From Sphyrna mokarran (Eukaryota), in contig JAGIQG010000022.1 of assembly GCA_024679065.1 (NCBI GenBank), forward strand, positions 39,990,001 to 40,054,000: a stretch of 64,000 nucleotides of DNA. The letters are read 5' to 3'. Below, piece after piece: positions 12,078 through 24,705 of this stretch. Below the pieces are notes generated by a model, which searched no databases, was not told where the DNA came from, and saw nothing but the letters and a program-made list of their open reading frames with translations. Both the position numbers and the translations under genes were made by a program. Position 1 is the first letter of the stretch. Each line of letters begins with the position of its first letter.

Positions 12078-12678
12078 ACCATACCGGACAACTGGCTCCA
12101 AGTCGAGTGAGTACGTTTATGTTACCATCTGTAGTTAGGGAGGAATTTCACACTAGTTGTTAGCTAGATATAAGTTGCAATACTAAAGAACTATATGAAG
12201 TAAAGTATGACCATGTGAGCTTGAAGGAAATTGAAGGGTAATACCATGCACTGGGGCATAGAATTGATAAGAAAACTTAAATAAGAAGTTTTTACAAAGT
12301 TTGCAAATAAATCTCACATCGGGGAAAAGGCAAAGAAAGGATTGATGGGTCTCGTTTACACTGAGGAGGAGTAGCTGCGAGAGAGAATTCCATGAGAGGT
12401 AAAGCCACCAAGGAATATTCTGCAAGAAAAGAGCCGGGGAAAAACATGAGTAAGAAAGATTAAAAGGTCTCGCTTACAGCGAGGAGGAGTAGCCACAAGG
12501 GAGAGTTCAGCCAGAGGGTAGAGTCACCCGCTGAATGAGAAGAGAGAGTGCAAAAGTGACCAAGATGACCAGGTGTAACAAACAGATGCCAGTACAGGGG
12601 ACAGGTGATTTATAATGGGGATTCGCGGGATCTATCATACAAAGTATAGTTGATCATAATATAAAATTGATTAAGAAA

Positions 12679-14080
12679 ATGACGGCTAAGGATTAAACCT
12701 AGATGCCTCTGTGGCCAAGCAGAAGGCCTGGTGGAGTGGGCAAACTAAAAATAATATGAGAAGGCAGTCATAGTTGCAACAGCCATATTGAAAAACCAAG
12801 GAATAAGAGAGCATCATGAAACTAGAATAGCAGCTGTGAGAAGTGTGTGGGAAGGGGACAGGAACAAACCACATGGACGATTGATGGGGGCTGTGGTACC
12901 AACAGCATCAGACTTACTTGAGGACAGTGACTACTAGGCCGAATGGGACAGTTTAGAGGAAGGGATATAGTGGAGTAGACATTATGGTCATGAGTACCTG
13001 TTTCTTCCTCCGTACAGGGAGGAAGGCGAGCCACACCCCATAACCCCTTTGCGAGTGTAAGGAAGACCGCAGATGACAAAGCACTGAGCAANNNNNNNNN
13101 NNNNNNNNNNNNNNNNNNNNNNNNNNNNNNNNNNNNNNNNNNNNNNNNNNNNNNNNNNNNNNNNNNNNNNNNNNNNNNNNNNNNNNNNNNNNNNNNNNNN
13201 NNNNNNNNNNNNNNNNNNNNNNNNNNNNNNNNNNNNNNNNNNNNNNCGAACTACTCTCTATGAAATGACAGAATGAGTTTGTGATCTTGTCTCCCCGTTT
13301 TGCCCAGCACACCTTTTGGTCATGCCCTGACTTCAGCAATTCCAGAATCTTAATGGGCCTGGTCCACAATTCTGGTCAAATCTGGACCCATTTCGTCAGT
13401 CAACATTTTTAAAAAAGATTTCTTTGTCCCAGTGTGGGATGGCTACCCTGAATGGTGTTTGTATGCCTCAAACTTCCTCTCTGCATAGTCCTCTACCCTT
13501 TCCTTTGGCCCTTGCTTAATCAGCATAATCAGCGTCCAGTTTGGGCTGCTCCTTCCCAGGGTAGTTCTTACTGCTAATTTAAAAGCCGCAAAGCCGGTCT
13601 CTTTGCTCATCCCTCCGGTGATCCATGTGCAATCTCTGAACGGCAGTGGCATGCCTGCTCAAATGTGGGGATCTTTGCCCTCAACAATAAATGAACAACC
13701 TTTGCCCAGGGCAGAATGTGTTTTTGGTATTAGATATTGCCAATGGGTTCTGGTTCAGCCCTGTGTGCAGGCAACTTCAGGATTACTTGGCATTTATGGT
13801 AGGGGAAGATCAATATAGCTGGATTCGATTGCCCCAAGGATTTCACAAGGGAGCTTATTCAAGGAAGGGGCGTAAGATGAGCCCCATGGAAAGGATAGAT
13901 GGAGAAAGGCAGTGCTACAACTATGGAAAGGAAAGGCCAGAGAATACAGGGCCAAGAAAGAGCAGGGACTGGGCCCACTGAGATGCTGGAATTGCTGGAA
14001 GTCAGGGCATGACCAGAAGGCTTGCTGGGCAAAAGGGCCAAGACAAGGAAGGTCAGGGACCCATTGCTGTAAAGAATAGT
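12679..14080 (+). pseudogene. gag: ERV gag relic, rearranged and spanning an assembly gap
   Basis: LPPY at 13004-13015. An MHR-like IKQGPKERVEDYAERKFEAY lies on the minus strand (inverted block, ORF 13443-13652). Zinc knuckles QCYNYGKE (degenerate) and RCWNCWKSGHDQKACW lie on the plus strand at ~13910-14030. Confidence 0.75.
13092..13246. other. Assembly gap (155 N)
   Basis: Run of n in the sequence. Confidence 1.
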
Positions 14081-15620
14081 GGGGGGTTCGGAGCCCCTGA
14101 TTGATGATACATGTCTCAGTGGAGAATCTGGCAAAGATGTTTGGCGCGATGAAGCAATAATCATTCACGGCTCTTAGAGGGAAGGAGAGGGATTCCCAAA
14201 TACTTACTGACGTGCTGTTAAGAAGTTGGCAATGTATAGTGTTAATAGATACAGGATCCTCAATATCCTAGCCCTAACTCATATAACTGTCCAGATCCTG
14301 GGAGTAATATATAGTGTTCATGTGGTGACATTCAGCGAGCCCATTCCCCTGGAAATTAAAGATTTTATGGTAAAAATCCAAGTTTGGGTATGGAACTATA
14401 TTAGGGATAGACTGGCTGGAACAACTGGGGGCCGTAATTGACAAAAAATGGACCAAAGGGGAGGAAAATCTGACATTATGTCTGAAATATTGCTTCAGTT
14501 ACTACAGCAAGGGAACAACAAGGAATGTGGGGAATAATTGCACAGGCATACCCAGCAATGTGGGCACAAGGCAAGCAAGATTGTGGGAGGTTGGAGATTT
14601 TTTTCCATTGCGATAAAGAGAGACGAACATCCACCTCATCAGCAGTACCTCCTCAAAAAGGAGGCTTTAGAGGCGGTATGGGTCATAGTACAGGAACCCC
14701 AGGAGCAGAGAGTAGTGAAAAGAGCCCATTCATCTACCAAGTCCCAGATTTGGGCAGTGAGAAAACTGGACAGCTCTTGCTGACTCACAGTAGACTATAT
14801 CAGCCTCAACAAACACACAGTAAGAGAATATCCCATAGTGGTAAACCCAACCACGATATGGAATAACCTTTGCCCAGAGCAGAGTGTGTTTTTGGTATTA
14901 GACATTGCCAATGGGTTCTGGTTCAGTCCGGCATGTGAGGAACTTCAGGATAATTTGGCATTTACCGCAGGGGTGGATCAATATAGCTGGATTCGATTGT
15001 CCCAAGGATTGCACAACAGCCTGGCCATATTCCACAGACATATGGCCCAGATATTAGCCCAGATTGACCTTAGTGGGACACAGAGCACCATGCTGTAGTA
15101 TGTTGACAACATCCTGATAGCATCAAGGAGGAGAAAGACCACATAATTGTCCTAACCTGGATTTTAGCAACCATATAGTGATACGGCCTTAAGATCAACA
15201 CTAGGAAGGCACAGCTGGGGTGGGATGAGGTGGCATATTTAGGCTACCATATTACACAAGGAATGAAGAGAATCCCAGAAGTAAAAAAGAAAGCCATTCT
15301 ACAGATGCCAAAATTGCAGACCCTCGATTGTGGTGGGGGTGAGGAACAGGAGAGGACTTCAGGCAAGTGCTTGCGTTATTTAATTACTGCAAGAATTTTG
15401 AAGAGAACTTCTCAGGACTTGCTGAACCCTTGCTAAAATTGGCCAGCAGGGGTAAGCAATCTTGGGAATGAGTAGAATCGAGATCGGAACAGGACACTGC
15501 CTTTGAAAAGATAAAGCATGCCCTCACAGTAGCCCCAGCCCTGGGGTTATCAGCCTTGACAAACCCTTCCACATATATTTCTACAATGAAGGGGAATACT
15601 ACATGGCAGTAGTGGGCCAG

Positions 15621-15791
15621 AAACATAGAACATTACAGCACAGAACAGGCCCTTCGGCCTTCGATGTTGTGCCGACCAAAATAAAAAGCAATGCCCCTCC
15701 AAACTAAACCATTCCCTTCTCTTCCATATACTTATCAATTAACCTCTTAAACGCCAAAGAGGTTAATTGATAAGTATATGGAAGAGAAGGG
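15621..15791 (-). mobile_element. Short CR1 3' end inserted in ERV pol, with an inverted 5' segment
   Basis: CR1 tail (catagaacattacagcacagaacaggcccttcggcc) plus a perfect 35-bp inverted repeat. Confidence 0.8.
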
Positions 15792-16139
15792 GCAAGATGT
15801 AGCCAGTAGCATATTATTCAGCAAAATGAAGTCCTGTAGTAACAGGATTACACTGGTGCATACAGACATTGGACATGTGGGCAATAGAGACATCAGAACT
15901 GGTAGCGCTTCTGGGAGCAATTATACTCCACTCCTCTCATTCCATAGTGCAGCTATTAGAAGCAGGAAGGTTAAGTGCAGTTTCCAACAGCTGCCGAGCA
16001 AAGTGCGAGAGTATGTTATTCCCGGTGGATAAGCGCATACAAATAGTAAAAGGCTTTGGCCTCAACCCCACATCCACGTTAGTTAGTGAGGGTACAGAGC
16101 ATAGATGTTTAGAGAAAGTTGATGAAGGCCAAAGTTGCT

Positions 16140-16262
16140 AGATAGACTTTAGGCATAGCCTAAAGTCATGGATATGTCATTAAGACGTTAGGACGGCGGC
16201 GTGGGTTCGTTGGGCCGAAGGGCCTGTTTCCCGTGCTGTGTTGCTCTTTGTTTTTTGTTCTA
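16140..16262 (+). mobile_element. CR1-type 3' tail inserted between the tether and RNase H
   Basis: gggccgaagggcctgtttcccgtgctgtgttgctctttg is a CR1-type tail, and retroviral frames continue on both sides. Confidence 0.7.
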
Positions 16263-16874
16263 TATGAAGGAATGGAATTACAATAGATAGATCTGGGACA
16301 TATCATGAGGGGGTCCCACGTGCAGCATGGGTGGTAGTGGATAAAACAGGCACTGTATTAAAGATCCCAGGGACTGAGTCAGCCCAAGTAACAGCCCTAA
16401 CAGAGGCATTGTGACGAGCCGTGGAATAGAAGGCTAACATTTACACCAATAGTCGTTACACATTTGGGGTCATTCATCACTATATGGTAGCTTGAGCTCG
16501 ACGGGGATACATAACTTCCTCAGAGGGCCACGTACAGCATGCGTATTGCGTAAAAGAGTTGGTAGAGTCAGTTAAAGCACCCGCAGCAGCTGCAGTACTT
16601 AAGCTAAGTGCACACAATCCCTGTACAATCCCTGCTGCACCAGGGCAACGATTATGCACACAGGATAGCCAAAGCCCTCACATCACAGGCTCAGAAAGTG
16701 CAGGGGGAAGATGTAAAACCAGTTGCTGTGCACAAGCATGATTCAGATACTGTAGGGAAAGTACAACTAGTTGCAAAGAGGAAGATTCAAATAACATCTG
16801 GAGGAAAAATGGCGTATAGTAACACTGCAATATACAAGGCAAACCTTAGTGAATTCCAGCAAAATTCCAGCATA

Positions 16875-17335
16875 TCCCCAGTCAGCCACCCACAGATGAG
16901 ATGTGTTATTTGCGAGGACCCACATGTACATCAACGTCAATTGGGACCAGGCGAGCCCGGAAGCCAGGGCCCATGAGCTTCACCTGATTAGAAGGCATGC
17001 CCCAGATGCAAGATGCCACCAATTGCACCCATGTGGCTGTATGCTCTATATGGCGGCATGTGACACTATTTATGAACCACAAGAGATTATCAATGTTCAA
17101 ATCATCTGTGACCACACAGTCCAAAAGTGTGTGTATTAGGTTGATTGGCCATGCTAAATTGACTTCAGTGTCAGGGGATAAACTGAGCTGGGTGGATTAT
17201 AGTTGGTGCAGACTCGATAGACCAAATGCCTCCTTTTGCATTGTTGAGATTCTATGAATGTATATCATGCAGGTGCATGCTTATTTCGCAGACAGCGTCC
17301 ATGATAATTACATCTTGGGTTGCTCACAGACTCCG
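16875..17335 (+). mobile_element. Harbinger (HARBI1-like) transposase fragment split by a SINE
   Basis: Reads GMPQMQDATNCTHVA...INVQIICDH, then a SINE fragment, then IMQVHAYFADSVHDNYIL. Confidence 0.8.
17118..17258 (+). mobile_element. HE1-like SINE 3' fragment
   Basis: aggttgattggccatgctaaattg core and gattctatga tail. Confidence 0.75.
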
Positions 17336-18019
17336 CCATTTTTAAATCCTGACCTAACAGAGAGCTGAACAAGTCCTGCCAATGACCAGGCTTATCTTGG
17401 GGTTCAGAGACTCTGGGTCACTTATCTCAGCCATGACTGTTCCTTCTGAGGTCTTGGTGTTTTTCTCAACCTTGTATCCAAGCTGGGCAGCCTCTCAGAA
17501 TTTTGTCAGCTGCTAGCGTCCTCACCACTGGAGAAGAGTGGCTGACAAGAGAAACATGAATGTCGATGTTGAAGAATGGGATTGAGATGGGGATGGCAGC
17601 AATGCAGGATGCTTTACTGTCTTTGCTGAGTCATCAGTGTGAAAACTGGTAGAATCAAAGCACTGCCATCCCCACATTCCACACGGTTGAAGTGCCAAAT
17701 GTGTTATATTTGTTACAGCTCTATATTCAAGAGCAAAAAAAGTGCAGGTTCTTCTATTCCTCTCTACATGTTTTCACTTAGTTGCTAATTGTATCAGTTG
17801 CGACAAACCCAATTTTTATGAGACCAATATGCTGGGTGAATATGGTGTCACAAGTTTGTGGACCATGCAGCAGAACATTATAAGGTGGAGAATCTGTGTG
17901 GGTGAGCAAAGTAATTTTAAATTTTAGAGTTGTATTACAGTGGTGACATCTCTATTCATGTCTAGATTCATTTGTGCCCATGAGGTACCTCTAATTTCTT
18001 TCACTTCCTACCCACCCAC

Positions 18020-19780
18020 TACATGGGAGATGGCGTCCGCTGTGGACCTGTTGCAGTGGTAGGCGAACTGTAGTGACCCAGGCAGTCCAGAGGCTGGAAT
18101 TGATTCATGCTATGACTAGCCTTTCGAATCACTTCTCTACAATGGGTGTCAGAGCCTCTGGACAATAGTTATTGAGGCACACTACTTGATTTTTCTTGGG
18201 TATTGGGATAATGGTCATCTTCTTAAAGCAGATAAAGACCTTGAATTGTTGTAAAGAGAGGTTGAAGATGTCTGCGAATACCCCCACCAGCTGGTCCGTG
18301 CAGGATCTGAATGCTCATCCTGGTACCCCAGTCGGGTCAGTCGCTTTCCATGGGTTGATCTTCGAGGGAAAGCTGCTCTGCCATCTGTAATGGTGACTCA
18401 TTAAACAGGTTATTGCTGACCTCCTGCTCAGAATGGGCATAGAATGTACTGAGCTCATCAGGGAGGGTGCATTGGAGCCGGCGATTTTACTTGCCTTCAT
18501 CTTGTAGCCTGTAATGTCTTGCAGATCTTACCATAGTTAGCAGGCGGGGGGAGCTGCGTGGCTAGCCTGGGAGCCTAGTTTGGTCCAGTGTTGCCTTTCG
18601 GCATCTTTGATGGATCTCCTTAGATTGTATCTGGCTTTATTACATTGGTCAGTGTCGCCTGACTTGAACGCCTTAGACCTGGACTGCAGCAAGCAGCAGA
18701 TATCCCTGTTCATACGTGGATTTGCTTCTTTAGCACAGTCTTTTACACGATTACTAGTGAAGTCAGTTACTATAGTGACATACTTGTTCAGGCTGGTCAC
18801 AGAGTTTTTAAATACTAACCAGTCCACTGACTCTAAGCAGTCCCGTAGGAGATTATCCAATTCCTCAGACCAACATTGCACGACTTTCTTTGATGGATTC
18901 TCCTGTTTCAGTTTTTGCTTGGGAGCTGGGAACAGGAGCACAGCCTTGTGTGCAGGTGACAGAGCAGTAGGCATGTTTGATATTTGTGTAGTAGTGGCCG
19001 AGGATGTTTGGGTCTCTGGTGGAACAGATGTGTCGGCAGTTAGATCTTGAGCATGGCCTGATTGAAATCCCCTGCCACAATGAACAAGGCCTCAGGATGT
19101 TTCATTTCAAGGCTATTTGTCGTGGTGGATATTTCACCTAGCGCAATCTTCACATTTGCTTGGGGTAGGATGTAAAACAATAATGGAGGTGAACTCCCGC
19201 AGAAGGTAGTAGGGGTAGCATTTTAGCATCAGGTATTCTAAGTCTAGGGAGAAATACACCAGTGTAGCTATGTCTTGACACCATGAGATATTGATTAGAA
19301 GGCACATCCCCCTCTCCCTATCCTTGCCTGATGTCGCTATACAGTCCATTCGATGGATTGAGAAGACCTCTGGTTTTGAGCACAGTGTGGTGACGCAGGA
19401 ATGAGCCATATCTCTATGAAACAGAGCACGCAGCAGTCCCTCAGTTCTCTTTGAAAAATGAGTTTGGCTTTAAGTTCATCGAGCTTGTTTTGCAAAGATT
19501 GGACATTTGCAAGCAGTAAGCCTCGGGTCTGCGTTGTTTCACTCTCACCTGCAGGCCTTCATGTTTTCAATGCTTCCTGGAGTGTCTGCTTTTTTCCGAG
19601 CCTGGGAAACGGTGAGAATAATTTGCGTTGTTAAGGATATAAGTGTGCTCAGTGAGGTTCTTCACTCTGGTCAGTGAAGGGATAGAGGATTTGTTGCCTT
19701 GCTCATGGTTCTTGCGTTAATAAATGGGTCTGCATGGTCAGTATTCCAGGTCACTGTCGGGCTGCAGTTTGGCTTTGCTG
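18020..19780 (-). mobile_element. Rex1/Babar LINE relic (endonuclease to start of RT)
   Basis: AGDFNQA, KQKLKQENP...VQCWSEE...LRDCLESVDW and WKATDPTGVPG; the YRPEALT...KCFE and DPLQFAY motifs are also recognisable. Confidence 0.85.
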
Positions 19781-19809
19781 GTCAGTGGACATTCAGACCA
19801 TATTCTGGT

Positions 19810-20490
19810 ATGGACAGGTCAAAGGCCATGGTCAAAAGGTAAATAGAATCTTGACATTTATTGCAAAGGGTCTAGAGTATAAAAATAGAGAAGTGTTGTT
19901 ATAATTATATAAGGCATTGGCAAGACCACACGTGGAGTGTTGTGTTCAGTTTTGGTCACCTACTTCGAGGAAGGATGTGGAGGTGGTTCAGAAGAGTTCA
20001 CTTGATTGATTCCAGGTTTGAAGGGGCTGTTTTATGAGGAGCAGTTGAGTTAGCTTGGGCTTGTATTCGCTAGAGTACAGAAGAATGGAGGGGGGTTGGT
20101 GGGATTTGATTGCAACATATAAAACATTCAACGGGATTGATAAAGTAAATGTTATCTAAATGTTCCCCCTTCCAGAACAGTCTGGGTCAAGATGTCATAG
20201 TTGTAGAACAAGAGGGGGGAACTTCAAGGAAGAGATGGGGAGAAATTATTTCTCACAGAGGATTGTGAATCTATGGAACTCACTGCCCCAGAATGCAGTG
20301 GATGCAGAATCAATCAATGGATTCCAGAAAGAGATAGATAAATATCTGATCAAAAGTGGGATAAAAGGCTACGGGGAATAGGCAGGGAAGTGGAGTTATG
20401 ATGAGATAGAGATCAACCATGATCATGTAGAATGGCAGAGCACGCTCAAAGGGCTGAATTGCCTACTCCTACTCATAACTCCTGTGTTCC
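19810..20490 (+). mobile_element. CR1 LINE 3' fragment
   Basis: LYKALARPHVECCVQFW and RNYFSQRIVNLWNSLP, followed by the tail. Confidence 0.9.
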
Positions 20491-20504
20491 TATATCAGGG
20501 CTCA

Positions 20505-21015
20505 ACAGAGTCATAGAGCCATAGAGCAATACTGCATGGTAATAGGCCCTTTGCCCAAATAGTCCATGCTGACCATGGTGCCCTCCCAATTGGTCCCAAT
20601 TGCCTGTGTTTGGCCCATATTCCTCTAAACCTTTCCCATCCATGTACTTATCCAAATGCTTTTTAAGTATTTCTATTCTATCTGTCTTAACCACTTTCTC
20701 TGGCAGCCCATTCCATATACAAACCACCTTCTGCATGAAGAAGTTGCCCATCAGAGCCTTTTTAAATCTTTTTCCTCTCATCTTAAACCTATGCCCTCTA
20801 GTTTTCAATTCCCTTCATCTGGGGAAAAGACTATGTTCATTCTATCTATGCCTCTCATAATTTTATGCACCTCAATAAAGTCACCCCTCATTTTCCCTCA
20901 TTCCAAGGAATAATGTCCTAGCCTGGCCTATCTCTCTCTAGTCCTGGCAATATCCTCATAAATCTTCTCTGCATTCTTTTCAGTTCATCAATATCTTTCC
21001 TATAACAGGGTGACA
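20505..21015 (-). mobile_element. CR1 LINE 3' fragment, tail-to-tail with the previous copy
   Basis: ORF 20473-20808 contains KTRGHRFK...NFFMQKVVCIWNGLP. Confidence 0.9.
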
Positions 21016-21534
21016 GAGCTCCGGCATTCGTCCCATCCCAGTTCCTTAGGGTGCTCCTGCCTCCACATGCTGTGGATCTCTAGTTCTGAGTTGCTCACCA
21101 GTGAGTGACCCAGAGGCCTGAGTTAATCCCATTGAGATGTCAGTATCTGCACTAATGGAGGGTGCAGGTGATTGATGTGACACCCCTTCAGCTTTGTATC
21201 CAAGATTTCTTCCTCAGCACTCTTCAAGTTGGTAGCCCCCAGAGGGTACGAAGATGGTCTGGGCTGGTCAACTGATTGACCTGCAAGGGAAGTGAAATGG
21301 CATTCATGTAGCAAGGAGGATAACTGATGAGAGAAAGTTTACTCACGTGAGGTTTGGATCATGACTGCATATCTTGATGATTCTCACTTTGTTTGCTGCC
21401 CCCACTTTGCCCTCTTTAGAAGTGTGGTCCTTTCCTCACTGGCCAGCTCAAGGGCTCTTTCCTCAAATAGCTTGGGGCATCTCAGTTCAGGAATGACTCC
21501 GGCCGGCTATGCCCACTCACAACAGTAATGCTCA

Positions 21535-22137
21535 AGTTTGTACTGCAATATACAAGGTTACATTCCACCAATTAGAATGAAAAGGAACAAATACTCTAAC
21601 CCACTGGGGACTGTGAAAAATGCCGAAATCTCCAAAATATTGTGCATGGACGTACAAAGTAACCAGCCTGAGAAGAGAAATTTGTTGCAATTCAAGATCA
21701 GAGAATTAGAAATCTGTTCCATACAAATACACCCAACTGAACAAAACAGCCACAGTGCAAAATTACTGCATTGAGACCAGCCAATGAACAGTTAACTGTA
21801 TTTGTTTTATCTTCCTCATGAACTGTAAAAAATCTTTAGGTCATTCTCTTATCCTACCATCAGCACTGATCTATGTGTGATATATGAATGGTAGTTGAGA
21901 TTTAACTAGTTTTTTTTAAAAAAATTTGGGGAATAGTTTCAATAAACCTACATTGTTCTTTGTTTAAATTCGGAAAACTTTGTCTGTCTAATTCCTTACA
22001 AACTGAAAGCAAACTGAGAAACTCTTGCAGTATTGGCAAAATACATCCTCTCCAAATTCACAAAAATCCCATCATGCTAAGACCTGGAGTGGTAGAACAG
22101 GGGAGTTAGTTTTACCTCTCCTCACGTGGCCATAACA
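21535..22137 (+). repeat. Possible solo LTR
   Basis: CCAAT (~21781), TATA-like (~21881) and AATAAA (~21941) in order, ending ...ggccataaCA. The 5' boundary is not determined. Confidence 0.35.
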
Positions 22138-22359
22138 GATCCCACTTGAACCTGTTGCTCAACATGTTTTTTTTTCTCATTTAAAGAAAGAGCACTTTGG
22201 TCTCTGTCTCTCTTGTATTGTTTGCCGAGATTTATCCAGTTCAGGATTGTCTCTGGACTGGGTCTTCATCTCACTACCATTGCTGCTCAGAGGATGGGGA
22301 ATTTGTGATCTCAAATGTGACATCTGCGACCCCATCAGGGGTTGTGACCCAGCCTAAGA

Positions 22360-22548
22360 TTTGAAATTCTCTCACTAAACCTTCCTCACCTCTCTTTCTC
22401 CTTTTTTAAGATGCTCTTTAAAATCTACCTTGACTAATCTAAAATCTCTTTACGGGACTAGATCAAATTCGATCTGGTAATGCTCCTGTGAAATGCCTTA
22501 AGATGTTTTACTAGACTAAGGTGCCATGTGAATAAAAGTTATGGTTCA
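22360..22548 (+). mobile_element. L2 LINE 3' end
   Basis: tttaagatgctctttaaaatctacctt...ctcctgtgaaatgcctt...ggtgccatgtgaataaaagtt resembles an L2-type tail. Confidence 0.6.
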
Positions 22549-23819
22549 AATAATCAGCATGTTAAAGAGTGTATCTCCTTACATTCTTCATAACCCAAAC
22601 TGTTACTTTTCTGTTATCATTGAGCGGACCAGATTTCAGTGGTTGAGCAGCAAGAAGGCACTTCATCTGTCAGTGAATCTAATGTTATCTGCTGAGGTAC
22701 ACTATGCAAACTGAGTGGTCTGCAAATATAGACTAGGGGAAATCCTAGGCGCAAAATGTCACTCATTCAACATCCCACCACAACACCCACTCCACCCCCA
22801 CCCATCCCACACAATCGCTTGCTCACTTCCGAGCCTAGATACTGACTAATCAAGAGCATTCACATATATTCTAAAATAATGGTAGAATGGAAAAATGTTA
22901 ATCCAACTGTTGCCCACACATGCCTTTTGATAAAACCTAATTATTTTGGTAATTGGCATCAAACACGATCTGTTAACATGAAGCACTAAAAAAATGCAAC
23001 ACTAAAACATTCAATAACATCAGAGGCATTCTTACATTGACATTCAAATGCCATTACAGTTTAAAAGCCGGCAATTCAAAGTGATACTGAGCCCCATCAC
23101 AGCTATCAAAAGATCCCACTTTAAACTGAGCCACCAATCCTGAGGTAACTTTTGCAGTACCAATTATCTCCCAACACATGAATTGCACTAATTAACTGTG
23201 CTCTTTTCATAACCTTTATTCATTTCCCATTCTGAACAAGACAGTGCATCACAATTGCCTCCCTTATTCTTCCCTTTATGATCCCCTATTAAGGATTTTA
23301 TTTGGTTTCCTTCTAAGTGACCTTTTCAGCCAAGGCTGTGTGCCTCAGCAGAGACTGCATGAAAACCTCCATTAACTCAGTTTCAATCTTTTTTTAATTT
23401 GTGAGGTCTGGAGTGACTCATTATCACAATGGCTTTACCCATCTGCCTGTATATTACTTTATACAGAGAGTGATAACAGCTGTCAAAGTTCTCCCACCAC
23501 ATCTAAAAATTGAACATTTGGTGAACTATCAGATTACTGTCGTAGAAAGAAAGTCGTGCAATTAAATTTCAGAAAAGCCCATGAGTGCCATTCAGCGACC
23601 TTCAGCGTCCCTGGGCTAGGCAGAATGAACAATCTGCCCATTCCCAACAGCTATCCAATTAACTGCCGCAATGCCATGTGAGTGGATTCTCAAAGAGAGG
23701 AATGTTAGGCCCAACTATAATGAATTAGGGAAGCCTGATGTCATTTACCAAGGTGGGTTCGTGGCTGGAGAAGGACCACTGGAGCTTCTCTTCATGTAGA
23801 TGTAAATCGGTCTAAATCA

Positions 23820-24705
23820 GTTCTCAGCCATGGCTTAGTTGGTAGTGCTTTCCCCCGCTGAGTTATGGATTAAAGTCCCACTATAGAGCATTCGGACAAT
23901 CAAAACTGATACTTAGTACTTCATTATTGGAGATGCCATCTTGCAAATCTATTCTTAAACCATGGTAACTTTTGATTTCTCAGGAATGTTAAGGATCCCC
24001 CAACACTATTCAAAGAATAGTGCTAGAGCTGCAGAGTGGCACAGTGATTAGTATTGCAGCCTCAGAGTGCCAGGGATCCAGGATCAATTTTGGCCTTGGG
24101 TCACTGACTGCATGGGGCTTGTATGTTGTTCCCCTGCCTGCGTGGGTTTCCTCTGGGTGCTCCGGTTTCCTCCCAGAGTCCAAAGATGTGCAGGTTAGGT
24201 TGATTGGCCATGCTGAATTGCCCCTTGTGTCAGGGAATTAACAGGGTAAATGTTTGACTTGACTTGATCTATTATTGTCACAAGTATTAACATTCTGTGA
24301 AAAGTATTGTTTCTTGCTCGCTGTATAGACAAGGCATACTATACATAGAGAAGGAAAGGAAAGAGTGCAGAATGTAGTGTTACAGTCATGGCTAGGGTGT
24401 AGAGAAAAATTAATTTAATGTGAGGTAGATCGATTCAAAAGTCTAATGGCAGCAGGAAAGAGGCCAAATGTGTGGTGTTATGGGAATATGGCCTGGATCG
24501 TTTGTGATCTGTACAGGCTCGATGGGCCAAATGGCCTCCTTCTGCACTGTAGGGATTCTATGATTCAGTGAATAGATGAGTTTTCCTCTGTGTCCAGGTC
24601 AATGTTTACCCAGCCACGTTTTCCACATTACAATAGATTATATTTGGAATGAACTTCATTGGTTATAAAATGCTTTGAGGTATGTTGAGGTCATGAAAGA
24701 CACAA
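23820..24705 (+). mobile_element. Deu-domain SINE (SacSINE1-like) hosting nested HE1 and Rex1-tail insertions
   Basis: Head and Deu-like segment at 23820-24020, remainder at 24570-24705. It parallels the uninterrupted copy at 34050-34495. Confidence 0.6.
24030..24566 (+). mobile_element. HE1-like V-SINE interrupted by a minus-strand Rex1 tail (24254-24465)
   Basis: Head, V-domain and tail are present. The insert begins with a (ttgac)n tail that matches other Rex1 3' ends in the window. Confidence 0.85.

Larger units (their letters stand above)
14200..16870 (+). pseudogene. pol: ERV pol relic: protease, RT, tether, RNase H; no integrase or env seen
   Basis: Protease LIDTGSSIS (14242-14268) and GTILGIDWL. 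RT LDIANGFW, YSWIRLSQGLHNSLAIFH and YVDNIL. Tether AFEKIKHALTVAPALG...PVAYYSAK. RNase H SAQV..ALTEAL, ANIYTNSRYTFG and QGNDYAHRIAK. Many stops and frameshifts. Confidence 0.9.
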
